A stretch of DNA of 64,000 bases, taken from contig OX597819.1 in assembly GCA_951406725.2 (NCBI GenBank), forward strand, positions 26,536,001 through 26,600,000, in the 5' to 3' direction. Numbering within the stretch: the first letter of the stretch is position 1; every line of letters starts with the position of its first letter. This DNA is from Octopus vulgaris. Taxonomy: Eukaryota. Positions 1 to 11,108 of the stretch are shown one piece after another. Under the pieces are notes generated by a model, which worked only from the letters and a program-made list of their open reading frames with translations, had not been told where the DNA came from and ran no database searches. The position numbers were made by a program, and so were the translations under genes.

Positions 1-402
1 TTTTATCATGGGCAAGTCCAGGCTTTTGCAAATTGTGCAGCTCTATCATGCTTGTTGAGATATTCTGTAGGCGCAAGAAGACTGCACTTGGAGACAACAT
101 GATCAATCGTTTCATTTTGTTGTTGACGTACATGACATGTTGGGCTACTGTATTCTGATTGCTTTCATGTTTCTCTTGATACCTTCTGATAATTTCCCCA
201 AGGAACCAACAATAATTGGCACACTCTGCACCTTCATTTTCCATAGCCACGCTATTTCATACTTAAGAGGATTATATATATATATATATATATATATATA
301 GCACATGTGGGATACCTTGACCAACACCACTAGGCACCGTTTGTTATACTCTAGCATGTGATCTGTTTGGATTGGGAAATCCCACAGAACTTTGCAGGTC
401 AC
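1..402 (-). mobile_element. R4/Dong-clade LINE fragments (restriction-like endonuclease region and CCHC zinc-knuckle region), degraded
   Basis: 402-145 reads KVLWDFPIQTDH..Y.PLKYEIAWLWK.KVQSVPIIVGSLG (REL domain). About 150-1 reads SPTCHVRQQQNETIDHVVSKCSLLAPTEYLNKHDRAAQ (degenerate CCHC plus RHD motif). Confidence 0.85.
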
Positions 403-425
403 GGATTATTATTATTATTAGTAGT

Positions 426-466
<41 letters not shown>

Positions 467-490
467 TATTATTATTGCTATTATTATTGT

Positions 491-680
491 TACATGATCG
501 GCTTTTGATTTGTGTTTGCACAATTTGACTCACCCAGAGACCTCAAGAGACACGTTAGAAGTTCAAGCCTGTGTTATGACTAGAGTGTTATTTGTTTGGT
601 TTTGCACAGAGTATTGTTCTAGAGAATGTCTGTCAAAACATAAGTAAGTTAAAAGTTTGTTTTAAAAGTAATTTGACTAT
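491..680 (-). mobile_element. R4/Dong-like LINE 3' UTR ending in (TAA)n
   Basis: The minus strand has GTCTCTTGAGGTCTCTGGGTGAGTC, then ...CATGTAAC running into the (AAT)n tract at 405-490. It adjoins Dong coding fragments. Confidence 0.55.
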
Positions 681-767
681 AAGATGATGATAGTGTAATG
701 TTAAGATGACAGTAAATGGTATTAATTATAAAATAATAGTGTGATGTTAAGATGACAGTAAAATGTG

Positions 768-913
768 TTTATTATTATTATTATTATCATTATTATTATT
801 TATTATTATCATTATTATTATCATTATTATTATCATTATTATTATTATCATTATTATTATCATTATTATTATCATTATTATTATTATCATTATTATTATT
901 ATCATTATTATTA

Positions 914-950
<37 letters not shown>

Positions 951-995
951 CATTATTATTATTATAATTATTATTATTATTATTATCATTATCAA
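768..995. repeat. (TTA/TCA)n microsatellite
   Basis: Directly visible; source of the poly-I/L/Y pseudo-ORFs. Confidence 0.95.
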
Positions 996-2622
996 TATTA
1001 TTGATGTTATTTCAAACACTTTTTATTTGAGAAAGAAAGTTAACAATTTTGCGGCTGTTTCGTCAAAACGTGTAATTAATATACAACATCTAAATAGTTA
1101 TAGAATCTAAATAGTTATAGAATATAGTTTCAATTAAAAGCATCGATAAAACTTTTACGAACAGAAATTTAAGTAGAATTTCATGTTTATCTAATTTTCG
1201 TGTTTTGTAAATCCCTCAATCAATCGATTGATCAAACCATCATTATTCATATATATCATATTTATTTCGACTTCCATTGCATCAATTTACCAGATGCCTT
1301 CTCCATTGGGTGATTAGCTCATCTGGTTTGGTAAGGCCTCCTCACGCTGCACTCAGTGTAAAAATAGCATTTATTACTTCAACAAAATATACCAATTATG
1401 CTATAGAAGTGCTTCCTAAACCAATAAACCGTAACAATGAATGGATCTCTTTCTTTACATCATGTGGCAAGATAGTCTATTAGATTTCTACACTAAATAC
1501 ACTGCACATTGTCAGGTCCAGAACATTAGTTATGAAATGTTCAGTTGTTTACCCAGCCGCCGCATCACTTTAGAACCAGCTGTTCTATGCTGCTGTTTAA
1601 ATGAAGTTAAATTTCTCAGTCATTAAGAAGAAATATCTGACGAAATGTTACCTAATCACACATTTAAAGATTTTCATACATAAAATTTAAAAGCCCCTTT
1701 CAGAGAGTAGAAATAAATAAATAAATCTTCGCTATGAATATTTAGATGCGTTACCTAAGTACGTATTTAGACAATAATCAAATGTCTCCTAAAGCGACAT
1801 AAGTAAGTGATAAGTAAGTGGATAAATAAGTAAGATGATAAGTAAGTGGATAAATTCTTATTATTATTCCTTTAGTCAATTGTCGTAGTTCGGAGAACTT
1901 GCTTAAATATATTATATGACTGACATTAAAATGCCAACGATTATATAACACTGGTCATATTTAAACGCAGGTGTTATCTAAACCATGCAATATTCATATG
2001 ATATTGTCCATGCTAACTGTTCGCAATATACTGGAATGAAATTAATTACGGTACTACATTAGAATCAATGTTTACAACTTGAATAGAGGAATGGCATATA
2101 AACTGCTACCTTTTAGAAACCGTTAGAAATCTACATACACCACTGAAATGCATAAATTGTATTCATCCCCCCCCCCCCTGCTCAATATGTGTTTGGTGTT
2201 ATTTGTCAATATTTAGTAACGTGCTGTCCATTTCACATCGCCAGAGTCGATTCTAGTAAATCTAGTACTCATTGTAGGATAGACGTTATTATTTAGAAAT
2301 TTCGCATTGTCTAAAATACATATATATATATGTGTGTGTATGTGAGTGTGTGCATAAAGATATATATATATATATATATACGTGAATATATACATACATA
2401 TAAAGGCATATGTGTATATATAAGCCAATTTATTTTAAATTTTGCAGAAAGTTTTTTTTTTTATATCGAAGCAAAATTGGCAAGATTAAGTTAGGCAACT
2501 GTTCAATGGAACTTCCTAAGCTGTGCCCCACAAGTGTAAGAGAAGATTCTTTAGGAAGTGTCCTATGAGAATTTCGTTTTTCGTATAATTGAAATATTTC
2601 GAAACGAATCTAATTTAAGTAA

Positions 2623-2666
<44 letters not shown>

Positions 2667-2757
2667 TTTACAATAGACTTTCATTAAATCCAGTTATCAA
2701 TGAAAAGCTTGCTTTTTGCATGTCACCCAACATCATACTTTGTCTATTATTCTCTTG

Positions 2758-3770
2758 TGTTTTCCAATTGAAGCATCTGCTTTCCAAATATGGATGTTAA
2801 TGTATTGTTCTTGACATTGTACTATATTTCATGTATTTAGTTAACAAAATAGCATTAATATCATAGAAATATAAAATTACAATGAAGCAGTAGAGAAGGT
2901 ATTCCATCCAGTATCTTTTGTAAACTGTCAACCACGATTTCAAAGACGCATGCTGTGTTTGCGAAAATTGATTGAAGAGGAAACTAAGTTCAGAATATTG
3001 GCGAGCAAACAATGCGAGATATTTTTAGTCTGTGAACATAGTGCCAACTCAGAGTGGCCAGCTAGTCATTGGATTTATGTTGCATACACATAGGTTCATT
3101 CTGTCTCAGCAGGTGAAATTCTTTCTAAAAGTCACTTACAGCTGGTGTGAGTAAATATTTTTATCGCTTGAACAACGAGATTAGCCCAAAGTTAGATTCC
3201 TGGAGTGCAGGAATTTTGAGGATACTGGAAGTTACTTTTGTTTTATTTCTTTCTAAAAACTCAATGTGCAGATTACTGTACACGTAACATTTGTCTAAAG
3301 CATTTTTTTTATTTTAATACTGAATGAATTATAACGATTCAGTGACGGAAGTATCTATCAACACTTGGGATGAAAATAAGACAAGTTATATAAACTAAAC
3401 ACGGATGGTGTGAGTTAATAAAGTTAATAAAGATTACGTTTTCACTATCACAAAATTCAACTTTACACGAAAAGTTAAATTTAACTTTAGGGAATAAAAA
3501 GTTTCGGTGTTCCTCTCACATCATACATACATATCTGTTTATACAATTATCGCTGCAATATATATATATATTATATGTTTTCCAATTGAAGCATCTGCTT
3601 TCCAAATATGGATGTTAATGTATTGTTCTTGACATTGTACTATATTTCATGTATTTAGTTAACAAAATAGCATTAATATCATAGAAAGATAAAATTACAA
3701 TGAAGCAGTAGAGAAGGTATTCCATCCAGTATCTTTTGTAAACTGTCAACCACGATTTCAAAGACGCATG

Positions 3771-3776
<6 letters not shown>
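2758..3776 (+). repeat. 201-bp direct duplication (2758-2958 and 3576-3776)
   Basis: The copies are identical apart from one substitution I could see (GAAATATAAAA vs GAAAGATAAAA). The second copy lies inside a (TA)n tract. Confidence 0.95.
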
Positions 3777-3810
<34 letters not shown>

Positions 3811-3812
<2 letters not shown>

Positions 3813-4015
3813 CGGGAAGCTTTATGAAAATAAACAAAAGACGAAGGCAGGTGGAATACAAACAAACAATTGTATTATTATGGCGCTCAGGAATATAAAT
3901 TAAACAAGTCTTTTACGTTTCGAGCCTACGCTCTTCAACGGAAAGATACACAGAGAAGAAATGCAGAAAGAAGGAGAGAAAAGAAATGCGTGCAGAGGCT
4001 AGCGAATCAACATGG

Positions 4016-4018
<3 letters not shown>
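3811..4018 (-). mobile_element. Penelope-like element terminal fragment with a variant hammerhead-like motif (3908-3949)
   Basis: Minus strand: CTTT-CCGTTGAA-GAGC GTAG GCTC-GAAA-CG-TA-AAAG. Flanked by (TA)n on both sides; homologous to 45257-45450. Confidence 0.6.
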
Positions 4019-4056
<38 letters not shown>

Positions 4057-4229
4057 TTCCAAGAAAGTTAGAGGTTGCGAATCCAACCAATTAAGGTATA
4101 ATATATATCTAATATACTGCTGGTAGAATACCCAATTATTAATACACAAGTGTTTTTTATTGCATTGCAATTACATTACCGAGTGTACTAAACGGGTGAG
4201 GGTAAAGACTAATTTTACCATCAATTTTT

Positions 4230-4397
4230 AGAGCAATAAGAAAATGGAGGGGATCAATAGGTGGTTCATCAACTTTTAGATTTTACGTTATGCCAAATTA
4301 TTTATTTATTTATTTGCTAAAATAAATAAATTGACGTAAGATAATGTCTAAAAGTTTATAAACCACCTATTGATCCCCTCCATTTTCTTATTGCTCT
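4230..4397. repeat. Inverted repeat (~50-70 bp arms)
   Basis: AGAGCAATAAGAAAATGGAGGGGATCAATAGGTGGTT and its exact reverse complement ending at 4397; the inner part is diverged. Confidence 0.9.
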
Positions 4398-4410
4398 CTC
4401 TCTCTTTCTT

Positions 4411-4448
<38 letters not shown>

Positions 4449-4617
4449 CATACACACATATATATATATATCTATATATATATTCACAGTAAGCATGCAA
4501 AACGAGGACGATGAAAACCTTGAAAACATTTAAGAATTCTTCAACATTCGAAATTGAATGGAATTTTGTCTCTGAATAAGTACACCATACCAGACGGAAT
4601 TCCAAATGAGAATATTG

Positions 4618-5043
4618 CTCTTATTCTTTTACTTGTTTAAGTCATTTGACTGCGGCCTTGCTGGGGTAAGACCATTAGTCGAGCAAATCGACCCCAGAAC
4701 TTATTCTTTGGAAGCCTAGTACTTATCTTATCGGTCTCTTTTTCCGAATCGCTATGTTACGGGGATGTTGCCACACCAGCATGGCAGCATGGGTTGTCAA
4801 GCGATATTGGGAGGGGGCAAGGCAGACACACAGACATATACACACGCATATATATATATATTTATATATTTATATATATACGACGGGTTTCTTTCTGTTA
4901 CCGTCTACCAAATCCACCCACAAAGCTTTGGTCGGCGCGACGCTATAGTAGAAGGCACTTTCTCAAGGTGTCCCGTTGTGGGACTGAATCCAGAACTATG
5001 TGGTTGGTAAGCAAGCTTCTTACCACGCAGCCACTCCTGCTCC
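4618..5043 (-). mobile_element. tRNA-type SINE, family A (full length, diverged)
   Basis: Homologous to 20213-20630: head GGAGTGGCTGCGTGGTAAG, internal (TA/TG) tract, tail GGCCGCAGTCAAATGACT. Confidence 0.9.
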
Positions 5044-5207
5044 TATGTTTATAAATTAAGGCTAATGATTAGTCTACAAACATGCAGATTTAAATATTTT
5101 GGGAGAAAATGACCATCCCTTCACTTTGTTTCGAAAATCATATTAAATTAAGCAAAGACCAGAACTTTCTAGACGTCAATTAACTTGAAGCCAGTATTTG
5201 ACATGTA

Positions 5208-5740
5208 TTGGGTTGTCCGGAAAGTTCGTACCGATTTATAGTAGCTTAACTTTCGACTTATTTTAGAACATGGTTGAGTTCATAAAATAGGATTTGGCTC
5301 CATCTCCATTTAGAGCAGTTTAAGCTATCTTTTCGTGGAAGAAGGTTTATGTTCCTATAACATGTGTTAATTCTCTAACCCTTTAAATTGAAAGATACGA
5401 AAGCTCATTTTCGGCACTTGATGCTTTGGGAACCAGACAAATATTGCTGCAGCTCCATATTCACCAGATATTGCTCCTTCAGATTTCCACTTATTCAGGT
5501 CTCTGCAGAATAGTCTTAACGGTAAAAATTCCAATTCTTTGGATGACGTAAAAAGATACCTTGCCATGAAACCACCTCAATTCTGGGAAGAGGGTATTTT
5601 CAAGTTAAAGGAAAGATGGAGACGTATTGTGCAACACAATCGTTCATATTTGGTTGATTAAAAAAGTAATGTCAAGTATTTATTAACCTTTTTTCTTTTC
5701 TTTTCTTTAAAAATCGGCACGAACTTTCCGGACAACCCAA
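5208..5740 (+). mobile_element. Internally deleted mariner transposon
   Basis: TIRs TTGGGTTGTCCGGAAAGTTCGT(A/G)CCGATTT at both ends and a TA target duplication (5206-5207, 5741-5742). Remnants: N-terminal KAHFRHLMLWE and C-terminal PYSPDIAPSDFHLFRSLQNSL...GIFKLKERWRRIV. Confidence 0.95.
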
Positions 5741-6137
5741 TACTTTCTTACCGGAAGATTGAAATGGGAAGTTGATGTCAGGTGTTTTGGACTCGAAGCC
5801 TAAAAAGTCAAAATTAATCTTTTAAGTTTTAAAATAGACAGAAAGCTATATATTTGATAAAACGGTGCACGGTCAAGTAAAGTGACTGACACTGCAAGAA
5901 GTTGTCCCAGGAGGAATGAAACACAGTCTCAGTGTGGGGCTCGAAATAAACTTACCATTGCACTGCCGTAAAATCGTATTTGATGCTACAAGACTCTCAA
6001 AACTGGCATAACAACATACACTCATACACATTCACATACACGAGAACTACGGGCATGCACACACAAACACATACGTTCCTATATACAGAAAGGATGTGAG
6101 CTCACATCATACATGTAAGTTTATAAAAGTCCCGCAG

Positions 6138-6193
<56 letters not shown>

Positions 6194-6258
6194 ATCTCAG
6201 AGATTTGTTATTACTTATATATATATATATATATATATATACCTATCTCAGAGATTTG

Positions 6259-6306
<48 letters not shown>

Positions 6307-6320
6307 ATCTCAGAGATTTG

Positions 6321-6360
<40 letters not shown>

Positions 6361-6362
<2 letters not shown>

Positions 6363-6671
6363 CGATAAACGCGACCTCATCAAGCCCAACCAGGCTCCAG
6401 GGCCCGGTTTCCCGGTGTCTGTGGCGTACGTGTTCCTTGTAGCTGGACGGGACGCCAGTCCATCGCAGCGTTACTCAAGAAACAGGAAGAGAGAGTGAGA
6501 GAAAGTTGTGGCGAAAGATTACGACAGAGTTTAACATTACCCACTGTCGCAGTCTCGTGGAGCTTTTAGGTGTTTTCGCTCAGTAAACACACACAACGCT
6601 CGGTCTGGGAATCGAAACTGCGATCCTCCGAACGCGAGTCCGCTGCCCTAACCACTGGGCCATTGCACCTC
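6361..6671 (-). mobile_element. tRNA-type SINE (head 1 + tail Y)
   Basis: Same head as 7228 (GCAATGGCCCAGTGGTTAGGGCAGCGGACTCGCG...TTCGATTCCC). Different 3' part, GCTGCGATGGACTGGCGTCCCGTCCAG...GAAACCGG, which resembles the V-domain. Confidence 0.85.
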
Positions 6672-7227
6672 TACACACACACGCACACAAACACACACAT
6701 ACATACATACACACACATATATGTATGTGTACATGTGTATCCAGTTTAAGCATACAAAATGAGGACGATGAAAACTTTGAAAACATTTAAGTTCCTCAAC
6801 ATTCGTAATTGTATGGAATTCGTGGTGGAATTCTGAACCAGGCAACACATTAACCCTTGTAGATTTTACGTGTAAGAATCTACTAAGCTGCTTAATAAGC
6901 GTAAATTAAATTAATCTCAGCTTCACAGGCCTCAGCACAAAACAATAACATGAGTTTTTGCCTAACTTCAAACAGATAAAGCACTGTCTTTCATAGAGCA
7001 GGCAAATCCGAAATACCGGAGTCTGAGCGTCAACTGACGTTTCTTGGTGCTTCATGTTGAGAGATTTGTTTATTGAGGCAAATTCCCACGGCGAATGCAA
7101 ATTATTTTCTAGTGTCGTGGGACATGTTTAATATAATTGTGCATTTCATATATCTTTTATCTTGTTTCAAACATTGGACTGCGGTCATGGTGTGGCACCG
7201 CCTGCATACATAATATAATTCCCGTCG

Positions 7228-7610
7228 GGAGGCGCAATGGCCCAGTGGTTAGGGCAGCGGACTCGCGGTCATAGGATCGCGGTTTCGATTGCCAGACCGG
7301 GCGTTGTGAGTGTTTATTGAGCGAAAACACCTAAAGCTCCACGAGGCTCCGGCAGGGGATGGTGGTGATCCCTGCTGTACTCTTTCTCCACAACTTTCTC
7401 TCACTCTTACTTCCTGTTTCTGTTGTACCTGTATTTCAAAGGGCCGGCCTTGTCACTCTCTGTGTCACGCTGAATATCCCCGAGAACTACATTAAGAGTA
7501 CACGTGTCTGTGGAGTGCTCAGCCACTTACACGTTAATTTTACGAGCAGGCTGTTCCTTCCGTTGATTTGGATCAACCGGAACCCTCATCGTCGTAACCG
7601 ACGGAGTGCT
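7228..7610 (+). mobile_element. tRNA-type SINE (head 1 + tail X)
   Basis: A-box TGGCCCAGTGG and B-box-like GGTTTCGATTGCC. The 3' half is shared with 55387-55698. Confidence 0.9.
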
Positions 7611-8192
7611 TCCGATAATTCCTGTGCGTGTGATGTACTTACAACCACGCCATATTTACATGCCCCCCAAATCCTGAAAATATAAAATCTGTGGAGCTGT
7701 TAAGTTTTTGCGTAATTCTGCCAGATAAGAATAACGATGCTCTAATGTAATGTCAGTAATAACTAATGTAAATGCTGAGCAAACAGCTTACTACGATTAT
7801 TTTAAAATAGAGCTATTTTACATAACAAAAAAAAAACAGCTGATCATAACAGTTAGTGTTTATAATAATATCCTGAACGACTTTATAGCCTAATATTGAT
7901 ACAAATAACAGTTTCATACCATTGTTCAATTCATGGTTATAATAAGCGCCTTCCACTATAGGTAAATGACGGAACAGTACTACAAAAGAACGATAGAGGG
8001 ACAGGGAGACATAGAGAATGATAGGAACGGACAGTCACGCACGTGTGTCTAGGTCAGTAGATGAAAGATGAAAGAATGTGTATTTTTGTATATCTTTGAT
8101 GGGGGAAATGATAGAGATCTTTTGTGTCTACATATGAAAAGGAAAGTGTGTGTGTGTATGTGTCTGTGTATACACACACAGATATATACATA

Positions 8193-8235
<43 letters not shown>

Positions 8236-8333
8236 CGGAGTAAACACATAAATGTGAAACAAGGTGGAAAAAAGAGTACTCAAATACCAGTGGTAGAGTA
8301 ATATGCTTTATTTTAAGCAGCAGAAAATTCAAC

Positions 8334-8380
8334 AAAATCTGTTACTCTGAGTTTCTCGTTGCCGTTCATCAGACAGTTTT
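8334..8380 (-). ncRNA. Minimal hammerhead ribozyme motif (inverted copy of 9813-9859)
   Basis: Exact reverse complement of the 9813-9859 motif. Confidence 0.75.
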
Positions 8381-9812
8381 TGCTAGAATGGAACTTATAT
8401 ATTAATTCAATCTATACTCTTACAAACGCTACACCTTTAAAAAGAAATGGACTTGTTTGATTGGCCCTTTAGAAAAAACGGTCAATCTTCGAGCGATAAA
8501 CAAAAAGGTCAAAAATATATGTATATATATATAAAAAAACTTATAAAAATTATAAAAATTATAAAATCCGAGGAAAAAACCGAGGAAAAAACCTATTGCC
8601 GTTAATGAAGACAGTACAAATTAATGCATAGAAATTAAACCTGTTATAAATACTGCAATACATATTTATATTAAAATCCACATATATATATCAACATACA
8701 CAAAAGGATGCACGTAAACGCCATACATACATATACAGACGTATGAATATGAATCTAAATTATACACATAAAAGCATGTGTACATATATTCACGCAAACC
8801 GTCTCGCACGCAAGCTAAAATTCATCTATGTAGCAATTCTCATATACTGAGCAAGGAGGGGGAACGAAAGAAAGGGAAAGAGAGAAAAAGGAACGAAGGA
8901 GGGGTGGGGAAAAAAACTTGTAGCGATGTTATTGGCATCTATAGAGGCCAGTATACATACACAAGTTTGAATTGATACATATACATATCGTTGTGTGTAT
9001 GCGTGCTTAAGCACAAGCATACTTTCACTTACACATACACAGATACGCATGCTTACAAATACATATGCTTTGCTATACACATACTTATATAAACATTCTA
9101 ATTTTGACAACATTGCTTTTTAAAAAAAAAAAAAAACATTGCTTTTAAAAAAAAAAAAAGTGTAAGTGAAAGTATGCTTGTGCTTAAGCACGCATACACA
9201 CGACGATATGTATATGTATCAATTCAAACTTGTGTATGTATACTGACCTCTATAGATGCCAATAACATCGCTACAAGTTTTTTCCCCACCCCTCCTTCGT
9301 TCCTTTTTCTCTCTTTCCCTTTCTTTCGTTCCCCCTCCTTGCTCAGTATATGAGAATTGCTACATAGATGAATTTTAGCTTGCGTGCGAGACGGTTTGCG
9401 TGAATATATGTACACATGCTTTTATGTGTATAATTTAGATTCATATTCATACGTCTGTATATGTATGTATGGCGTTTACGCGCATTCTTTTGTGTATGTT
9501 GATATATATATGTGGATTTTAATATAAATATGTATTGCAGTATTTATAACAGGTTTAATTTCTATGCATTAATTTGTACTGTCTTCATTAACGGCAATAG
9601 GTTTTTTCCTCGGTTTTTTCCTCGGATTTTATAATTTTTATAATTTTTATAAGTTTTTTTATATATATATACATATATTTTTGACCTTTTTGTTTATCGC
9701 TCGAAGATTGACCGTTTTTTCTAAAGGGCCAATCAAACAAGTCCATTTCTTTTTAAAGGTGTAGCGTTTGTAAGAGTATAGATTGAATTAATATATAAGT
9801 TCCATTCTAGCA

Positions 9813-9859
9813 AAAACTGTCTGATGAACGGCAACGAGAAACTCAGAGTAACAGATTTT
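9813..9859 (+). ncRNA. Minimal type I hammerhead ribozyme motif
   Basis: Stem I CTGT/ACAG; core CTGATGA (9821-9827); stem II ACG-GCAA-CGA with an A/A mismatch at the base; GAAA (9838-9841); near-palindromic stem III ACTCAGAGT; GUA cleavage triplet (9848-9850). Confidence 0.75.
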
Positions 9860-9907
9860 GTTGAATTTTCTGCTGCTTAAAATAAAGTATATATATATAT
9901 ATATATA

Positions 9908-10025
9908 TCACCGTGATCACCGTGACCGACCAGGCTATCAGATGTTGCTACACATCGCTGGTCACAATGCGCTTTGTATTGTTTTAGCCTTCAAATGACG
10001 CCACCCCGCTGGCTAAGCGAGCAGG

Positions 10026-10029
<4 letters not shown>
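9908..10029 (-). mobile_element. ~120-bp non-autonomous retroelement with an RTE-type 3' tail
   Basis: Its 3' half, TGTGACCAGCGATGTG...CTGATAGCCTGGTCGGTCACGGTGATCACGGTGA, aligns with the RTE 3' end at 35484-35555. Flanked by (TA)n. Confidence 0.75.
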
Positions 10030-10103
<74 letters not shown>

Positions 10104-11058
10104 AGAGTTACGGAATGGAATATGGGAAATCCGGGCTCCATATGTTTCATAGCGAGTGGAACCTCAGGAGTGTTAAAATCCTAATGAGTTGTATACCGCC
10201 GGTTTCTCTTCGGGCCAAGGATATCAGGTATATGTTGATGCAACGATTCAATCAGAACGTGTGGAGGGCACAGTATGTGAGTGGTATAGAAATGAGGGAA
10301 GAAATAAGTAAAGACGGAAAGAAAGCAAAATAAATAAAATAGATATAGTAAATAAAATGTATATATGACAGTTAGTGTGGGCTGTAAATAAGAGAGAGAG
10401 AGAGAGAGAGAATGTGCAAATGTTTGCAAATAACATAGAAATGACGGTGTGTGGGTGAGAGTGAGCGCGCAGGAGTTTGACAGCTTGTGTGCAAGTGCTT
10501 GCTTGAGAGAGAGAGAGAGAGAGAGAGAGTGAAAGAAAGAGAGAGGGTGGGATTAAGAAAGACTTAAAGCAGTTGCAAGTCCTAATTTGTTTAGCTGTCA
10601 TCAGCTATCGGATAGCACAATAACCGCAACAAAAATAATATTGTTAGACTTCCCGAGCAAGAGATTCCTCATTCCGTATTCCATCGAAATAAATAACAAC
10701 GCAACCATGTTCGATTGAATGTTTTTTCATATACCACAAGTATTTAATAATGCACAATATCCTCTTGTTCAATTAATGTATTGTTGCATTTCGGGCATTC
10801 AGTATTGATATGTTAAACGAAATGGAGCATAAAATCTGTAATATTTTGTGCGAAAAAGTATGAATAGATTTCAGGGTATGATTTACGACGTTTCCATGAA
10901 TGTGTAATTATGTTTAGGAGTTGTATTTAGCCTGAAAATCAAAACTATCAACATGATTGGATATGTATTGTGTCAACATAATCTACTCAACTAAGTGCGC
11001 ATGTAAACACATTTAAGTGTATGTATATATATATGCATGTATGTCTATCTATTTTAGC

Positions 11059-11108
<50 letters not shown>

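Larger units (their letters stand above)
8232..9887. mobile_element. Penelope-like element pseudo-LTR in inverted duplication (arms 8306-9034 and 9160-9887)
   Basis: ~728-bp arms, about 99% identical by eye. Each has a hammerhead motif followed by AATAAA; both outer ends run into (TA)n. Confidence 0.8.

Noticed and set aside
7228-7300. tRNA-like sequences
   Set aside because: They are SINE heads that continue into SINE bodies, with no complete cloverleaf or Pol III terminator.
10108-10685. Weak inverted similarity (GGAATGGAATATGG vs CATTCCGTATTCCAT)
   Set aside because: Too short and imperfect to call TIRs.
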